A DNA stretch of 39,144 nucleotides from Utricularia gibba (taxonomy: Eukaryota > Plantae > Magnoliophyta), in the NCBI GenBank assembly GCA_002189035.1, contig NEEC01000095.1, positions 1-39,144 on the forward strand, in the 5' to 3' direction. Shown here in pieces: positions 22,324-34,228 of the stretch. Below the pieces are notes generated by a model that did not search any database, was not told the DNA's origin, and saw only the letters and a program-made list of their open reading frames with translations. Position 1 is the stretch's first letter. Each line of letters begins with the position of its first letter. Position numbers and translations under genes: made by a program.

Positions 22324-25300
22324 ATGGGGCATTGTTGTAGCAAGAACGTTGCGGCTTCTCTAGAGAATAACGAGTTCACCTCCTCTGCGGATCCCGACAC
22401 CCGCCGGCGTCAGGCCGCCTCACCGGGATCGCACACGCCGTCGACTTCAGTCAATGGGGCAGCTCGAACTCCGCCTCAATACATCACAGGAAGTCCATTC
22501 CAGAGCCCCTACCCCAGTGGTATTGCACCGTCGCCATCGCCTTCGGGGACTCCGGCTAGAAAATTTCGATGGCCCTTGCCTCCTCCATCCCCGGCGAAAC
22601 CCATTATGTCGGCGCTTTTGAGACGGCGGCAATCGGCACACCCTACTATTCCTATACCTGAGGAGACAACAGGCACCGGCCGTGCAGATGGAATTGAGCA
22701 ACAGCTCGATAAGAGCTTCGGATATTCAAAGAACATAGGGGCGAAGTACGAGCTTGGGAAAGAAGTGGGTCGTGGGCATTTTGGTCATACATGTTGGGCC
22801 AAAGTCAAAAAGGGGGAGCTCAAGAATCAGCAAGTGGCCGTGAAGATCATTTCAAAAGCTAAGGCAAGTGCTGCCCCTTCCGTGATTGGAACTTCAAGTA
22901 GCATTTTTATTTTAGGAAGTTCAATGGTTGTCCAGAGCTGCCTAGCTTAATCCAAATCGTTCTCTTAATAGTTCTCCTACTTCGATGCAACCCACTGAGC
23001 TGCATTTTTATGTGTTTGAGGGGGTGAATGACCTTTGCCATTTCCCATTTCTTGTACAGATGACGACAGCAATAGCTATTGAGGATGTTAGAAGGGAGGT
23101 CAAGATTTTGAAGGCTTTATCTGGACATATTAACTTGATAAAGTTTTATGATGCATTTGAAGATGCAAATAATGTCTATGTAGTAATGGAGTAAGTTCTT
23201 TCCTTTTACGCTTCTTACTAAGAGTACATTTGTCATTGACAAGCGTTTAATTAAGTTTTCTTTTTGATAGATTGTGTGAAGGAGGTGAACTGCTGGATAG
23301 AATTTTGTCGAGGTAATCACACTGGATATGCGAAAACCACTCTATGGTTTCTCTTGATTTGTCACTGCATCTCTGGTGCAGAGGTGGAAGGTACACAGAA
23401 GAGGACGCCAAAATTATAGTTGCACAGATGCTGAGTGTTGTTGCCTTTTGTCATTTACAAGGTGTTGTCCACCGGGACCTGAAACCCGAGGTAAAAAGGA
23501 TTTCATACTGAGTGAATGGTTCCTAATGACTCAATAATGTAGAGTAATGTTGATTGGTAGCTTCCGGCCCTTTAGGATTTCTTTTTTCTGTATTTCTTGC
23601 AGAATTTTCTGTTTGCAACGAAAGATGAAGATGCTCCCATGAAGGTCATAGATTTCGGTCTATCTGATTTTATTCGTCCAGGTGCATCTCAATCCTTTTC
23701 ATTTGAGTATATAAACAGAAATTCTCCTAGCTCATTGGAACTGCCATTGCACTGTAACCATGGCTTTTTCTTTGCCCTTTTCGATGATCTTTGTGGATAA
23801 CACAGATCTGTTGATCCATAATTGCAGATGAGCGTCTGAATGATATCGTCGGCAGTGCATATTATGTGGCACCTGAAGTACTTCACAGATCATACAGCAC
23901 TGAAGCAGATATCTGGAGCATTGGTGTGATAACATACATCTTATTATGTGGAAGCAGGCCTTTTTGGGCTCGCACAGAATCTGGGATTTTCCGTTCTGTC
24001 CTCAGAGCTGATCCCAACTTTCACGATGCACCATGGCCCTCAGTATCACCACAAGCCAAGGACTTTGTTAAAAGGCTTCTCAATAGGGACCACAGGAAAA
24101 GAATGACTGCAGCACAAGCATTGAGTGAGTTTTTCTTTTGTAAAAGTACTCATATAGGGTGATAATGCTGACTTATCTCTGTGATCTTCAGCCCATCCAT
24201 GGTTAAGGGATTTAAACTGCAGTATTCCTTTGGATATCATGATATACAGACTAGTGAAATCCTATATTCGAGCCTCACCCTTGAGGCGTGATGCTCTAAA
24301 AGTAAGTGCTCTGAACGACCACCAATATCATGTTCAAGTTTTATCCTTCATAAGGCACATATATGTTCCCAATTCGTGATGCGGCATTCTATCATAAGAC
24401 CATCATTCCTCTTTGTCTACTACTGCAACCTTTTACCTTTCCTGTTGTTGAACTGTTCTTTAAGGAATGTGTGCCTGTCGTGCAGGCACTCTCAAAAGCC
24501 TTGACTGAAGAGGAGCTACTTTATCTCCGGGCCCAGTTTGAGCTTTTAGAACCAATAGATGGGCATGTCTCCCTCGACAATTTTCGGATGGTGTGCAGTC
24601 TTTTTATCTCCACTCTTTGTTTCTTTCAGCAGCTCCCTGACCAGCAACTCTTGTTTTGATTTCAAGGGCCTTGTGAGAAACGCAACAGATGCCATGAAGG
24701 AATCGAGGGTCGCTGATATTCTGAACATGGTAATGGCTTTTTCTTTTGATGATCACTTTGTTACTTTTGTCTGTCGAGGATGGCAAAGAATCAGTTCCTT
24801 TATTTTTTCTCGGGGTAAAATCTTTTGAGGATAGCTTTGCATGATCTGTACGTTAAGTAAGATCTAGGAAAAGGTTGTTGGTTGATTCCCTTAGCACTAG
24901 TTACTGAGAAATCTTCATCTTTGGTCTTGAAAAACGCAGATGGAGCCACTGTCTCATAAAATCATGGACTGGGAAGAGTTCTGCGCTGCATCCACCAGCC
25001 CTCACCAGCTCGAGGCACTTGAAAGATGGGAGGAGATCGCGAGTGCTGCATTTCAGGCCTTCGAGCGAGAAGGCAACCGCATCATCTCCGTCAAGGAACT
25101 GGCACAGGTCTACTTAGCTCCCAAGGAACTGATATCACTGCCTTTTTTTTTTCCTTCTCTCACATCCAAAAATCCCATCTCAGGAACTCAATTTAGGTGC
25201 CTCAGCTTACTCCCAGCTCAAGGACTGGATCAGGCCCTCCGATGGTCACCTGAGTTTTCTCGGGTTCACGAAGTTCCTGCACGGCGTCACCATCCGCAAC

Positions 25301-25324
25301 GCCAACCCCCGGGTCCGGCACTGA
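22324..25324 (+). CDS. CRK4: CDPK-related kinase (CRK3/4/6 clade); exons 22324-22863, 23060-23190, 23271-23312, 23382-23490, 23603-23681, 23828-24124, 24192-24301, 24486-24590, 24667-24729, 24940-25107, 25184-25324
   Basis: MGHCCSK acylation motif, [40 protein letters not shown] and APE kinase motifs, degenerate EF-hand tail ending FTKFLHGVT. Intron 1 is GC-AG. Family assignment is secure; the exact orthologue is less so. Confidence 0.93.
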
Positions 25325-25793
25325 ACTGTTTTCCATGGATTCCGGAGACGGCGGGGTTGTCCAGCAAGCCCCCGCCTGTCTGATTCATGTTGAGTGAGTT
25401 GTATGCTCCATTTATGTGGTGGGTAGCTGATGGCTGCTGCTTCTGCTGAGGCGGGATATCCATCCAGACGCCATTGGAGGGAGGTGACTTAGCGCTACAG
25501 TTGTGCGTAATGCTTCTTCTTACATTGCTTTCATGCAGGAGGACCTCCAAATTACACCCATTTTTCTATTCTTTATTTTTGCAAAACCCCCTTCATAATA
25601 TTATTCATTGATTATTCATTAATTAATAAAATTGTAAAAACTCGACAAAATATTACAACCCCCGTTCTCTTGTCGCCGCCCGCCTTGTCGATTTTCTTAC
25701 CGCTTCCAAGGTGTGCTTTTGCGAAGAATTCCGGTGGAACGACTTGAGTGATGCGCTTTTGTTTCTGATCATCATGATCGAGGGCGAAGAGGA

Positions 25794-28258
25794 ATGCGTA
25801 TGCTTGGGTATCGTCTTGGCTCGCCCCTGCGCTTCTGCCCTAGATTCTGTTCCACGGTGTCTGCGAAGGCGGCGACCGCCCAGCTTTGTGACGTTCTAGT
25901 AGTTGCCTCCATAACCAAGGCTTTATCGGAGAATGGGGGATTAAATTCTCTGTCGAAGGATGTGGGTTCCATTACCTTCACTGAAGACGTCGTTCTCCAA
26001 GTGATTCGCCGGGGTTCTGTTGGTGTGTCCAGGAAGTTGGCTTTTTTCAAATGGCTATCTTCGCTTCCCGGTTACAAGCATTCTGTCACGACCTATTCGC
26101 AGATGCTGAAAGCAATCTTCTTCTTCCCTCACCGGTACAACCACCACGTTGTCGAGCTTCTTTCCATGATGAAACGTGATGGGCTGACGCTTGATTCGGG
26201 TACCTTGAAGCTGATTCTCAGTGGGTTGATCAAGGCACAAAAATTTGAGTTTGCTCTACAAGTTTTGGATTACGCTGAGAAAGAATTGATGAACACATGT
26301 TTGAGCCCGGATGTGTATTGCCCTGTTGTTGTAGCTCTTGTTAGGAAGAATCAGATTTCCATAGCTTTGTCGGTTTTCTACAAGCTCCTTGATACTTGTT
26401 CCATTCCTGACGCTTTTGCATGTAATGAGTTACTTGCTGGCCTGAAGAAGGGGGATTGAAGGATGAGTTCAGGGATGTTTTTCAGAGGCTGCGGGAGACG
26501 AAGCTTTATCCATCAGATAAATGGGGTTACAACATTTGCATTCATGCATTTGGATCATGGGGTGACCTGAAGACTTCTCTGTGTCTGTTTAAGGAGATGA
26601 AAGACAAGGGAGGTTCAGTTTATCCTGATCTGTGTACATACAACAGCTTGATCCAAGTGCTTTGCTTGCTCGGGAAGGTGAACGATGCCCTTGTCGTGTG
26701 GAAGGAGCTGAAAGATTCATCAGGTCATGAGCCTGATTCATTCACATACAGAATACTGATTCAGGGCTGTTCTAAATCCTATAGGATCAACGATGCAATG
26801 AAGATTTTCAGGGAGATGCATTATAATGGTGTAGAAACAGAAACTGTAGCATATAATTCTCTCCTAGATGGTTTGTTCAAGTCAAGGAAGCTGACGGAGG
26901 CCTGCAGTTTTTTCGAGACGATGGTCGAAAATGGAGTAAGGTCTTCATGCTCAACATATAACATACTTTTGAATGGACTGTACAGAAATGGGAGACCTGA
27001 AGCTGCCTATTGTCTTTTTACTGATCTTAAACGGAAGGGCAATGATTTCATTGATGGGATCAGTTTCAGTATCGTCATTCTGAACCTTTGTCGTGAGGAT
27101 CGGCTCGAAGAAGCATTGCAGTTGGTGGAAGAGATGGAGGCTCGAGGTTTTGTGGTTGATTTGGTTACTGTAACTTCATTGTTGATAGCTTTACACAGGA
27201 CGGGAAAGTGGGACTGGACAGAGAGGCTAATGAAGCATATCAGAGATGGGAATTTGGTTCCAAATGTTTTCAACTGGAAATCTAAGATGGAAAGTGCACT
27301 GAAGAGTTCACAGAGCAAAGATAAAGATTTTACTCCCATGTTTCCACCGGTACCTGATGTTACCAAAGTCTTGGAACTCACCAATTCCATAGACACCCGA
27401 CCAGATGATAGCAGCGTCGGTGAAGATGGCAATGGTCAGGATGGGGATGAGTGGTCATCTTCTCCATACATGGATCAATTGGCCAGAGAGATGTCATCTG
27501 GCCAAGACTATGCTTCTTCTTCCCAATTTTTTGAGAGCTCTCGAGGAATCAGGGTCATGTCGAAAGGCGAACAGTTTTTCGACATCGACATGGTGAACAC
27601 ATTTCTATCTATTTTCTTGGCCAAGGGGAAGTTGAGCTTAGCTTGCAAGCTCTTTGAGGTTTTCAGCAAAATGGGAGTGACTCCTGTAAGTTACACCTAC
27701 AATTCAATGATGAGTTCATTCATAAAGAAAGGGTACTTCAAGGAGGTGTGGGGTGTTCTTCAAACCATGGGTGAGAACACCTATCCTGCAGACATAGCTA
27801 CCTACAATTTGATCATACAGGGACTTGGAAAGATAGGGAGGGCAGATCTTGCAAGTTCTGTCCTCGACAAGTTACAAAAGGATGGCGGTTTCCTTGATAT
27901 AGTTATGTATAACACATTGATCCATTGTCTTGGAAAGGCAGGCCGACTCGAAGATGTAGGTAGGCTTTTTCAGCAAATGAGGAGCAGTGGGACAAATCCT
28001 GATGTAGTGACTTACAATACTCTGATTGAAGTTCACAGCAAAGCGGGTAAGCTCAAGGAGGCTAACAAGTTCTTGAAGATGATGCTGGATGCTGGATGTG
28101 CACCCAATCATGTGACTGATACAACTCTTGAGTATCTGGAAAGGGAAATTGAGAAGCTAAGGTACCAAAAGGCTTCGATCATGCCCATTTCAACCAGTGG
28201 CAATCAACCTTCGTGGCAAGCACATGATGCTGTCAATAGAAATCCCAACAATGGATAG
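25794..28258 (+). CDS. P-class pentatricopeptide repeat protein (At4g01570-like), intronless, with one apparent sequencing frameshift at ~26452
   Basis: Tandem 35-aa motifs such as PDLCTYNSLIQVLC, PDSFTYRILIQG, ADIATYNLIIQGLGKIGRAD and PDVVTYNTLIEV. One extra G at 26450-26454 gives KKGGLKDEF and fuses ORFs 25794-26459 and 26456-28258. Confidence 0.93.
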
Positions 28259-28270
28259 ACAGAACCACCA

Positions 28271-28650
28271 TCAACATGACGAGGATATCCAGTCTTTCCT
28301 CTCCTTGGTGTAGTGTTGGACAGCAAGGGCCAACCCCAAGATCAAGAGAGGTACAAGGAACTGCAATATCTTTATGACAAACTCTGTGGTACGGTTGCTG
28401 AGTAATATTTGGTCATCATCTCCCTTGCTGAATCACTGTAGCCAACATCCTCAAAGTCATCGGTTGCATCTTTTCCTGCAGAATGCGAAGAAATAGAAGA
28501 GCATCATCTGATTCTACGTTCACAGGAGAAAAAGTTCATACAGTGGGATGCTGCTCGGTTTACCAGTGGAAGATAACAAAACTTCATCGTCCCCAGGATG
28601 ATCATCCATGAATGGGGTGACGTCATAACCAGGAACCAGGATTGCTCTTC
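28271..28650 (-). pseudogene. Unprocessed cytochrome b5 pseudogene
   Basis: YDVTPFMDDHPGDDEVLLSSTG|KDATDDFEDVGYSDSAREMMTKYY, then an internal deletion and frameshift into EFVIKILQFLVPLLILGLALAVQHYTK. The intron 28563-28476 is retained. No intact N-terminal exon, and the second heme His is Tyr. Confidence 0.85.
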
Positions 28651-29090
28651 AGAAAACTGAGGTTTGTTTGTATACATCACTCTGTGTGATGGGAAGTCAA
28701 AACTCTAGACATTTGTTTTTAAAAGCAAAACCAAGAGATTCAACACTGTTTCCTGTCGTGCAACTGCAGGCAGCAAAATGTTCCTGAACCCTCGACCCAC
28801 ACTACCCACTCAATGCTCGCGAGAAAAACTGTGGGTAAAAGCAAAACACTATCAGCTAGGGTTTAACCAGGATTTATTTACACTTGTCTTCCGGAGTTCA
28901 AAAACCGATACAGGAGAAGGCTCGTCGCAGCAGGAGTTGGTTTTTTGGCAACATTTATCCAAGTTAAACCTCCATTTTTTCAGAGGAAAATCAACCATGG
29001 TTTCCATCTATGACAAATCATCGACAAAATAGATGTGGATGAGCTGACTGTAAGTCTACGCCTTTAGAAGATACTGTGTTTTGTTCAGGA

Positions 29091-30887
29091 TCATACGAAG
29101 TGCTCCGTCGGATACTCGTTCTCGTATCCGTTGTAGTCGTAGTAGAGCCTCTCCCCTTTCCGGATGTCTCTGCTCGCAATGAGAAGAACTCGGCATTCGC
29201 CATCCACATCAAACCGCACACACTTCACATTCTGCTTCTTCTTCCCTCCCCTGCATCAAAAAGACCGATGCTTGAGAATGAGTTCCCTTGATTGCAGATA
29301 CGTATGAAAAGGGATGGATATCAGGTACTTGGTATGGTTGTTGATGCCGTTGATGAAGCGGGCGATGTTGCTGCGCCTATCGGGGCAGATGACTAGGCTC
29401 TTTGAGGGGTTCGTGGCGGTTAGAAGCGTCATCATGCTATCTCCACCGTCGTGTTCTCTATTCCTCAGGTAGTCGACATCTCCGACGTACTCTGTGATTA
29501 TCGTGAGGTCCCGTATCGATCTATCTGCTTCCACTGTAAACCTGCGGGACAACAGGAAGTTACAGAAGCGATACATAGAATGGAGAAGCTTATCAACATG
29601 GGGAATATGGCGGGGGAGAGATCGAACCCCTCTACAGGATCAAAAATAACGTTAAGAGGAGGCCATTCTCCCCGCTCCATCATCTGCTTGCAGAGCTTCA
29701 ACGTTTCAGCATCATCCTTCGGCAGAACCTGCAAAGTGCGTAATCGTCTGATCGAGCAACTGAACAAGAAGCAGCTAAACTACTGCAAACACCATGTCCA
29801 GTTCCCTCTACTTCATTCAACTAACTTGATTCTCTCCTAGCATTCTATTCAAAGCAAGCAACAATAAGCCTTTACAACCCCAAACAACTCCACTACTCGA
29901 ACCGAATGCATTGACTCGAAACAGAGAGAGGAAACGGTTAGATAAGCACCTGCATTCCACCTCTTTCAAGGGCAGCACAATTTGCAGATCTGGGGGCCAT
30001 GCCAGGAACATAAGTTAAATCATTGCTGAACGCTGTGCCAGTTGCTGTAAGTGCTGTGGCCAAAGACGCCATCTGCTCTAGTCTCCGAAGAGGATCTTCA
30101 CTTGGATTGAAAGGCAGTAGCTTTCTTCGTTTCTTCGACATAACAAGTACAGTATTTCGCTTTCGCCTTTTTTTCAATTCTGTGGAGCAGTCAAGATAAC
30201 AAATGCGATCATTCAACAGCCAACAAGTCATAGTGCTTTAACACCCACCCTCTTGAGATAACGCATGATATGTTATTCAAACCGGAAATGGGTGAATTTT
30301 TATGTACCAGATATATTGAAGATGCCTCTTACCTGAACAAAGATTTTCAGATACTTGTGAGCATCTTTGAATGCGGAAAAAATCAACAATTTTGGTTTGA
30401 ACGAGAGGGAAGCCTGCAAACGAAAGACGCAAAACTTTGGTTTTCAGAATGTCAAATTTTGGTTTGACAGAATGCGCAAAACAAAACCGCCAGATTGATA
30501 ATAAGCTGCAAGCAATTGGAATAAGTTATGCGACTCAATCGACAGAATGCGATACAAATCACCTCCCAAAAATAAAATGCAGCGCGAAACAAAACATCAC
30601 AAAAATCAGTGAAGAAAACCCAGAAAGTGCGTACTGGTGACATTTCTGTGAGAGGAACAGGATGGGCAGAACCACTGTCCTTTGGGAACGGCGGTGAGAA
30701 CTGGGCGGAGGCAAAATGTATGAAACCCACAATCGCACTTGTCGCAGATGAGAAGCTCCGCGGGGCGTTGGCCCGATCCACATTTCTGGCAACACAAATC
30801 GCTGTAATCTTCTTCCTCATCGGAAAGTAGCTCAGGGTCCGACGCCATCGGACTGGGAGCTCTTGTCCTCTTCCTGAGCGACGGCAT
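29091..30887 (-). CDS. ATXR6: Histone H3K27 monomethyltransferase (PHD + PIP box + SET); exons 30887-30635, 30413-30333, 30179-29950, 29728-29628, 29541-29329, 29250-29091
   Basis: PHD finger CQKC...CDKC...H..C...WFCPSC, PIP box QTKIVDFF, RRLEQMASLATAL, and SET motifs ARFINGINNH and LYYDYNGYENEYPTEHFV. The short N-terminus without transit peptide favours ATXR6 over ATXR5. Confidence 0.95.
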
Positions 30888-31002
30888 TCCCAAAGATCGA
30901 TAAGCAAACTAGCTTCAGAGCACGCGTGCGGAAGAGAAGGAGAGGGGGCGATAGTGGGGGGAAAATGAAGGGTTCCGTGCCTCAGGCACTAACGGGAATC
31001 GA

Positions 31003-31033
31003 TTTGGCGCGACAGCCCAAGTTTCGCGGCAAA
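31003..31033. promoter_or_regulatory. E2F site cluster upstream of ATXR6
   Basis: TTTGGCGC 31003-31010, TTTCGCGG 31022-31029 and an overlapping reverse TTTGCCGC 31026-31033 all match TTTSSCGS, ~120-150 nt from the ATG. Confidence 0.7.
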
Positions 31034-31510
31034 ATCAGAATTGGGGGTGCTCTTAACCAGTATGGTAAATGGGTAATGCAGGGAGCTGGCGTCCTAACCT
31101 CTTTGACTCCGCCATTATTATCAGATTTAAGCTTTATCCTCCATCAAGCTCCACATTGCAGAAATTGCAAACCCGGTGAGCAGAATTCACAGTCGCTTGG
31201 TTACAATATCTCAATTACTTGACAAAATAAATGTAATTTAATTTTTAAAAAGAAAGAAAATTTTTTTGATTATTTTTAAATTAATTATGACCTTGTAATG
31301 GGCTCATAATACAAAAATATTTAATAATCAGTTTTAATCTAAAAAATTAATAAATAATATTCTTATTTTTAAAAAAATAAAAAAGGGGGAAATATGTGGT
31401 ATTCTTGGTCTCCCGGCACAAGGAAAGAACACCAACTTTTGAAGAGCATTCCACTCACCGGAGATCATGTCCCCATCACTCCGCAGGCCGTCGCCTCTTC
31501 TCCGTCTTCA

Positions 31511-32651
31511 ATGGGGAAGCCTTTTCTCGGTCTCCTCATATTCCCCCGCTCCTTCTTTTCTCCCAAGGCGTTGCTGAGGTCAGTCACATCGGCATCAACT
31601 ACGGCACATTGGCCAGCAACCTTCCCCCGGCGGCGGAGGTGGCGCGATTTCTATCGGAATACACCCGGGTCGATCGTGTCCGCTTCTTCAACACCAACCC
31701 AACCATGTTAACAGCATTCAGAGGCTCGGGAGTCGAAGTGATGGTCACTGTGCCGAACCAGCAGATCCCTCAGCTCATAACCCCTGACTCCGCCCTTCAA
31801 TGGATCAGATCCAGCATCATTCCGTACACCCACGACACCGATGTGATCAGAATACTCGTCGGGAACGAGGTGATCTCCAGCGGTAGCCGGGTCCTGATCT
31901 CCAGCCTCGTCCCCGCGATGCGCGCGTTGCACGAAGCGCTGGTGAGCGAGTCGTTGGACCGAAGGATCAAGGTCTCCACGACCCACGCACTGGCCGTACT
32001 CTCCGTCTCGAGTCCCCCGTCTCAGGGGAGGTTCAGGGAGGGCTACGACGTCCACGTCCTGCAACCGCTTCTGGCGTTCCTGAACGACTCGGGCTCCCCG
32101 TTCATGATCAACCCCTACCCCTACCTCGAATGCACCGACACGGACACCTTGGACTACGCTCTGTTCCGGCCCAACGCCGGCTTCCTCGACCAAGGCACCA
32201 ACCTCACCTACACCAACATGCTTGACGCGCAGATGGACGCAGTGTTTTTTGCGATGGCGCGCATCGGGTTCCCCGACGTGGATATCGTGATCGCGGAAAC
32301 GGGATGGCCGTCGAGAGGGGACGAAGGGCAGGTGGGGCTCGATGCGCAGAAGGCGGCGGAGTACAACTTCAAGGTGGTGAGGCATGTGAGTTCCGGCATC
32401 GGGACGCCCTCCGGCCAAACAGGACATTCGAGACGTACATTTTTGCGCTGTTCAATGAAGACCTTAAGCCGGGGCCGACCTGCGAGAGGAACTTCGGGCT
32501 CTTCGAGAGTGATTTTACGCCCATATATGACATAGGAATTCTCAAACCAGTGGAACTTAGAGTAAGCGGAGCCACCGGAGCAGGGCGGCGCACCTGGTCT
32601 AGTGCTAGTCTATTGACTCTTTTGTATCTCGGAATAATATCATGCTGTTAG
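31511..32651 (+). CDS. Glucan endo-1,3-beta-glucosidase (GH17), signal peptide and probable GPI tail, with two apparent sequencing frameshifts
   Basis: IGINYG, ILVGNE, PFMINPYPY and IVIAETGWPS, then YIFALFNEDLKPGPTCERNFGLF. Adding one C at 31543-31547 and one at 32407-32409 restores a continuous ORF ending in a hydrophobic tail. Confidence 0.92.
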
Positions 32652-32747
32652 AATGACACAATATTGATGTTACCCATAATTAATTGAAAATAAAAAATAT
32701 TGAAATAATTGATTTATGCGATATAGGCCCTTGAATCTGATAGGCCT

Positions 32748-32818
32748 AGCCCATAAGCTTTCGGATGGCCCAATTTAGATGGCTCATTTTGCGGCCTCTT
32801 TCACTGAAATAACCCTAA
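32748..32818 (+). promoter_or_regulatory. RPL21 promoter: site II pair and telo-box-like motif
   Basis: AGCCCA 32748-32753, GGCCCA 32767-32772 and AACCCTAA 32811-32818. Confidence 0.65.
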
Positions 32819-32868
32819 TTCTCACTTCGCCTCTGTTCCACCACCGGGAAGAGACTCAACGAATCAGA

Positions 32869-33713
32869 ATGCCGGCGGGTCACGGATTGAGGTCGCGGAC
32901 GAGGGATCTATTTGCCCGGCCCTTCCGTAAGAAGGGTCCTACTCATTTGTCGACCTACTTGAGGGTCTACAAAATCGGAGACTATGTCGATGTTAAGGTT
33001 AATGGTTCCATCCACAAGGGCATGCCTCACAAGTTCTACCATGGCCGCACAGGTCGTGTATGGAACGTAACTAAGAGGGCTGTTGGTGTTGAAGTCAACA
33101 AACAGGCACGTCATTTTTGCCGCTTTCTTGCATATATTGCTGCATACGTGGTTTTTAGCTGCAAATTAGGCCGGTTTCTTTTTCTTCTTTTGCAATTGGG
33201 GTTTGTTCAGCATAGAAGAATATAGGGTAATTTGATGTTCCTTGGTTCAAATTTGTCTTTAGGGTGTGACTAATGAAAATTCTGAGAAAGTTTGTGAATT
33301 GCATACCTTTAAGTCTGTGTTATTTGCACGGGTCATTTGATAAGTGTAGATGGACTTCAACCCCTTTATGATTGGTATCTTTGTCTAAATGAATGGCCGA
33401 ACATATGAGCTTTGCATCATTGATGTTCAGTGATGGAGTTTTGCAAATATTGCAGGTGGGGAATAGGATAATAAGGAAGAGGATCCATGTCCGAGTGGAG
33501 CACGTCCAGCCGTCTAGGTGCCACGAGGAGTTTCTGCAGAGGATAAGGAAAAATGATGAGTTGAAGGCCGAAGCCAAAGCTGAAGGAAAGATCATCAGCA
33601 CCAAGAGGCAGCCAGAAGGACCCAAACCCGGGTTTATGGTCGAAGGAGCCACCATGGAAACCGTGACACCTATTCCCTATGATGTTGTCAATGATCTCAA
33701 AGGAGGCTACTAA
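32869..33713 (+). CDS. RPL21: 60S ribosomal protein L21 (eL21); exons 32869-33105 and 33456-33713
   Basis: [23 protein letters not shown]...VEVNKQ|[17 protein letters not shown]...[14 protein letters not shown], 164 aa. The intron uses a GC donor. Confidence 0.98.
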
Positions 33714-34228
33714 GATTGTCTATTGAAGATTGTGTTTTTTGCTCCGGGAGGACACCACTGTTCCTGCTTTGTTTGTCAAGATTCACGATCACCATTCTTC
33801 TGTTCTGTTTCTGTCTCTGATTTTTATGAGTTGATGATGCCTTGTGTTCGATCTATACCATGCCTAGTTTCCTTTACCTTCACTCCTGCACCGTCTAATC
33901 TGATTTCACTCCCGGCTACAAGCTACTCAATTAAAGTTTATGACTTTGTTGAAGTCATTGAAGTTAAGACTCCGCGAATGGGAAGGGGAACGAGAAATAT
34001 GGCCACGAGCCGCATCCGGCCTAAATCTGTTGAGCTCCAACCGGATTGGCCCAGAAATAGTTGGACCGCCGCGCCTATACAAGGCCCAGCGCGTGCGTAT
34101 TACCTGCGGATGCCGTGGGGTAAGTAGTGCTAACGTCTGAACCCTAACCGTCGCCGCCGTCTTCTGGCGGTTTCCATCGTATTTCCTTCATCCAGTCGAC
34201 CATTCTTTTGTTTCCGTTGGTGGAAGAA

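Noticed and set aside
30388-30467. 13-nt repeat AATTTTGGTTTGA shared by the ATXR6 PIP-box exon and the preceding intron
   Set aside because: Short and low-complexity; no evidence of an alternative exon.
33106-33455. Possible intronic snoRNA in RPL21 (or RPP1)
   Set aside because: No convincing RTGATGA box C paired with a CTGA box D and terminal stem, and no H/ACA layout.
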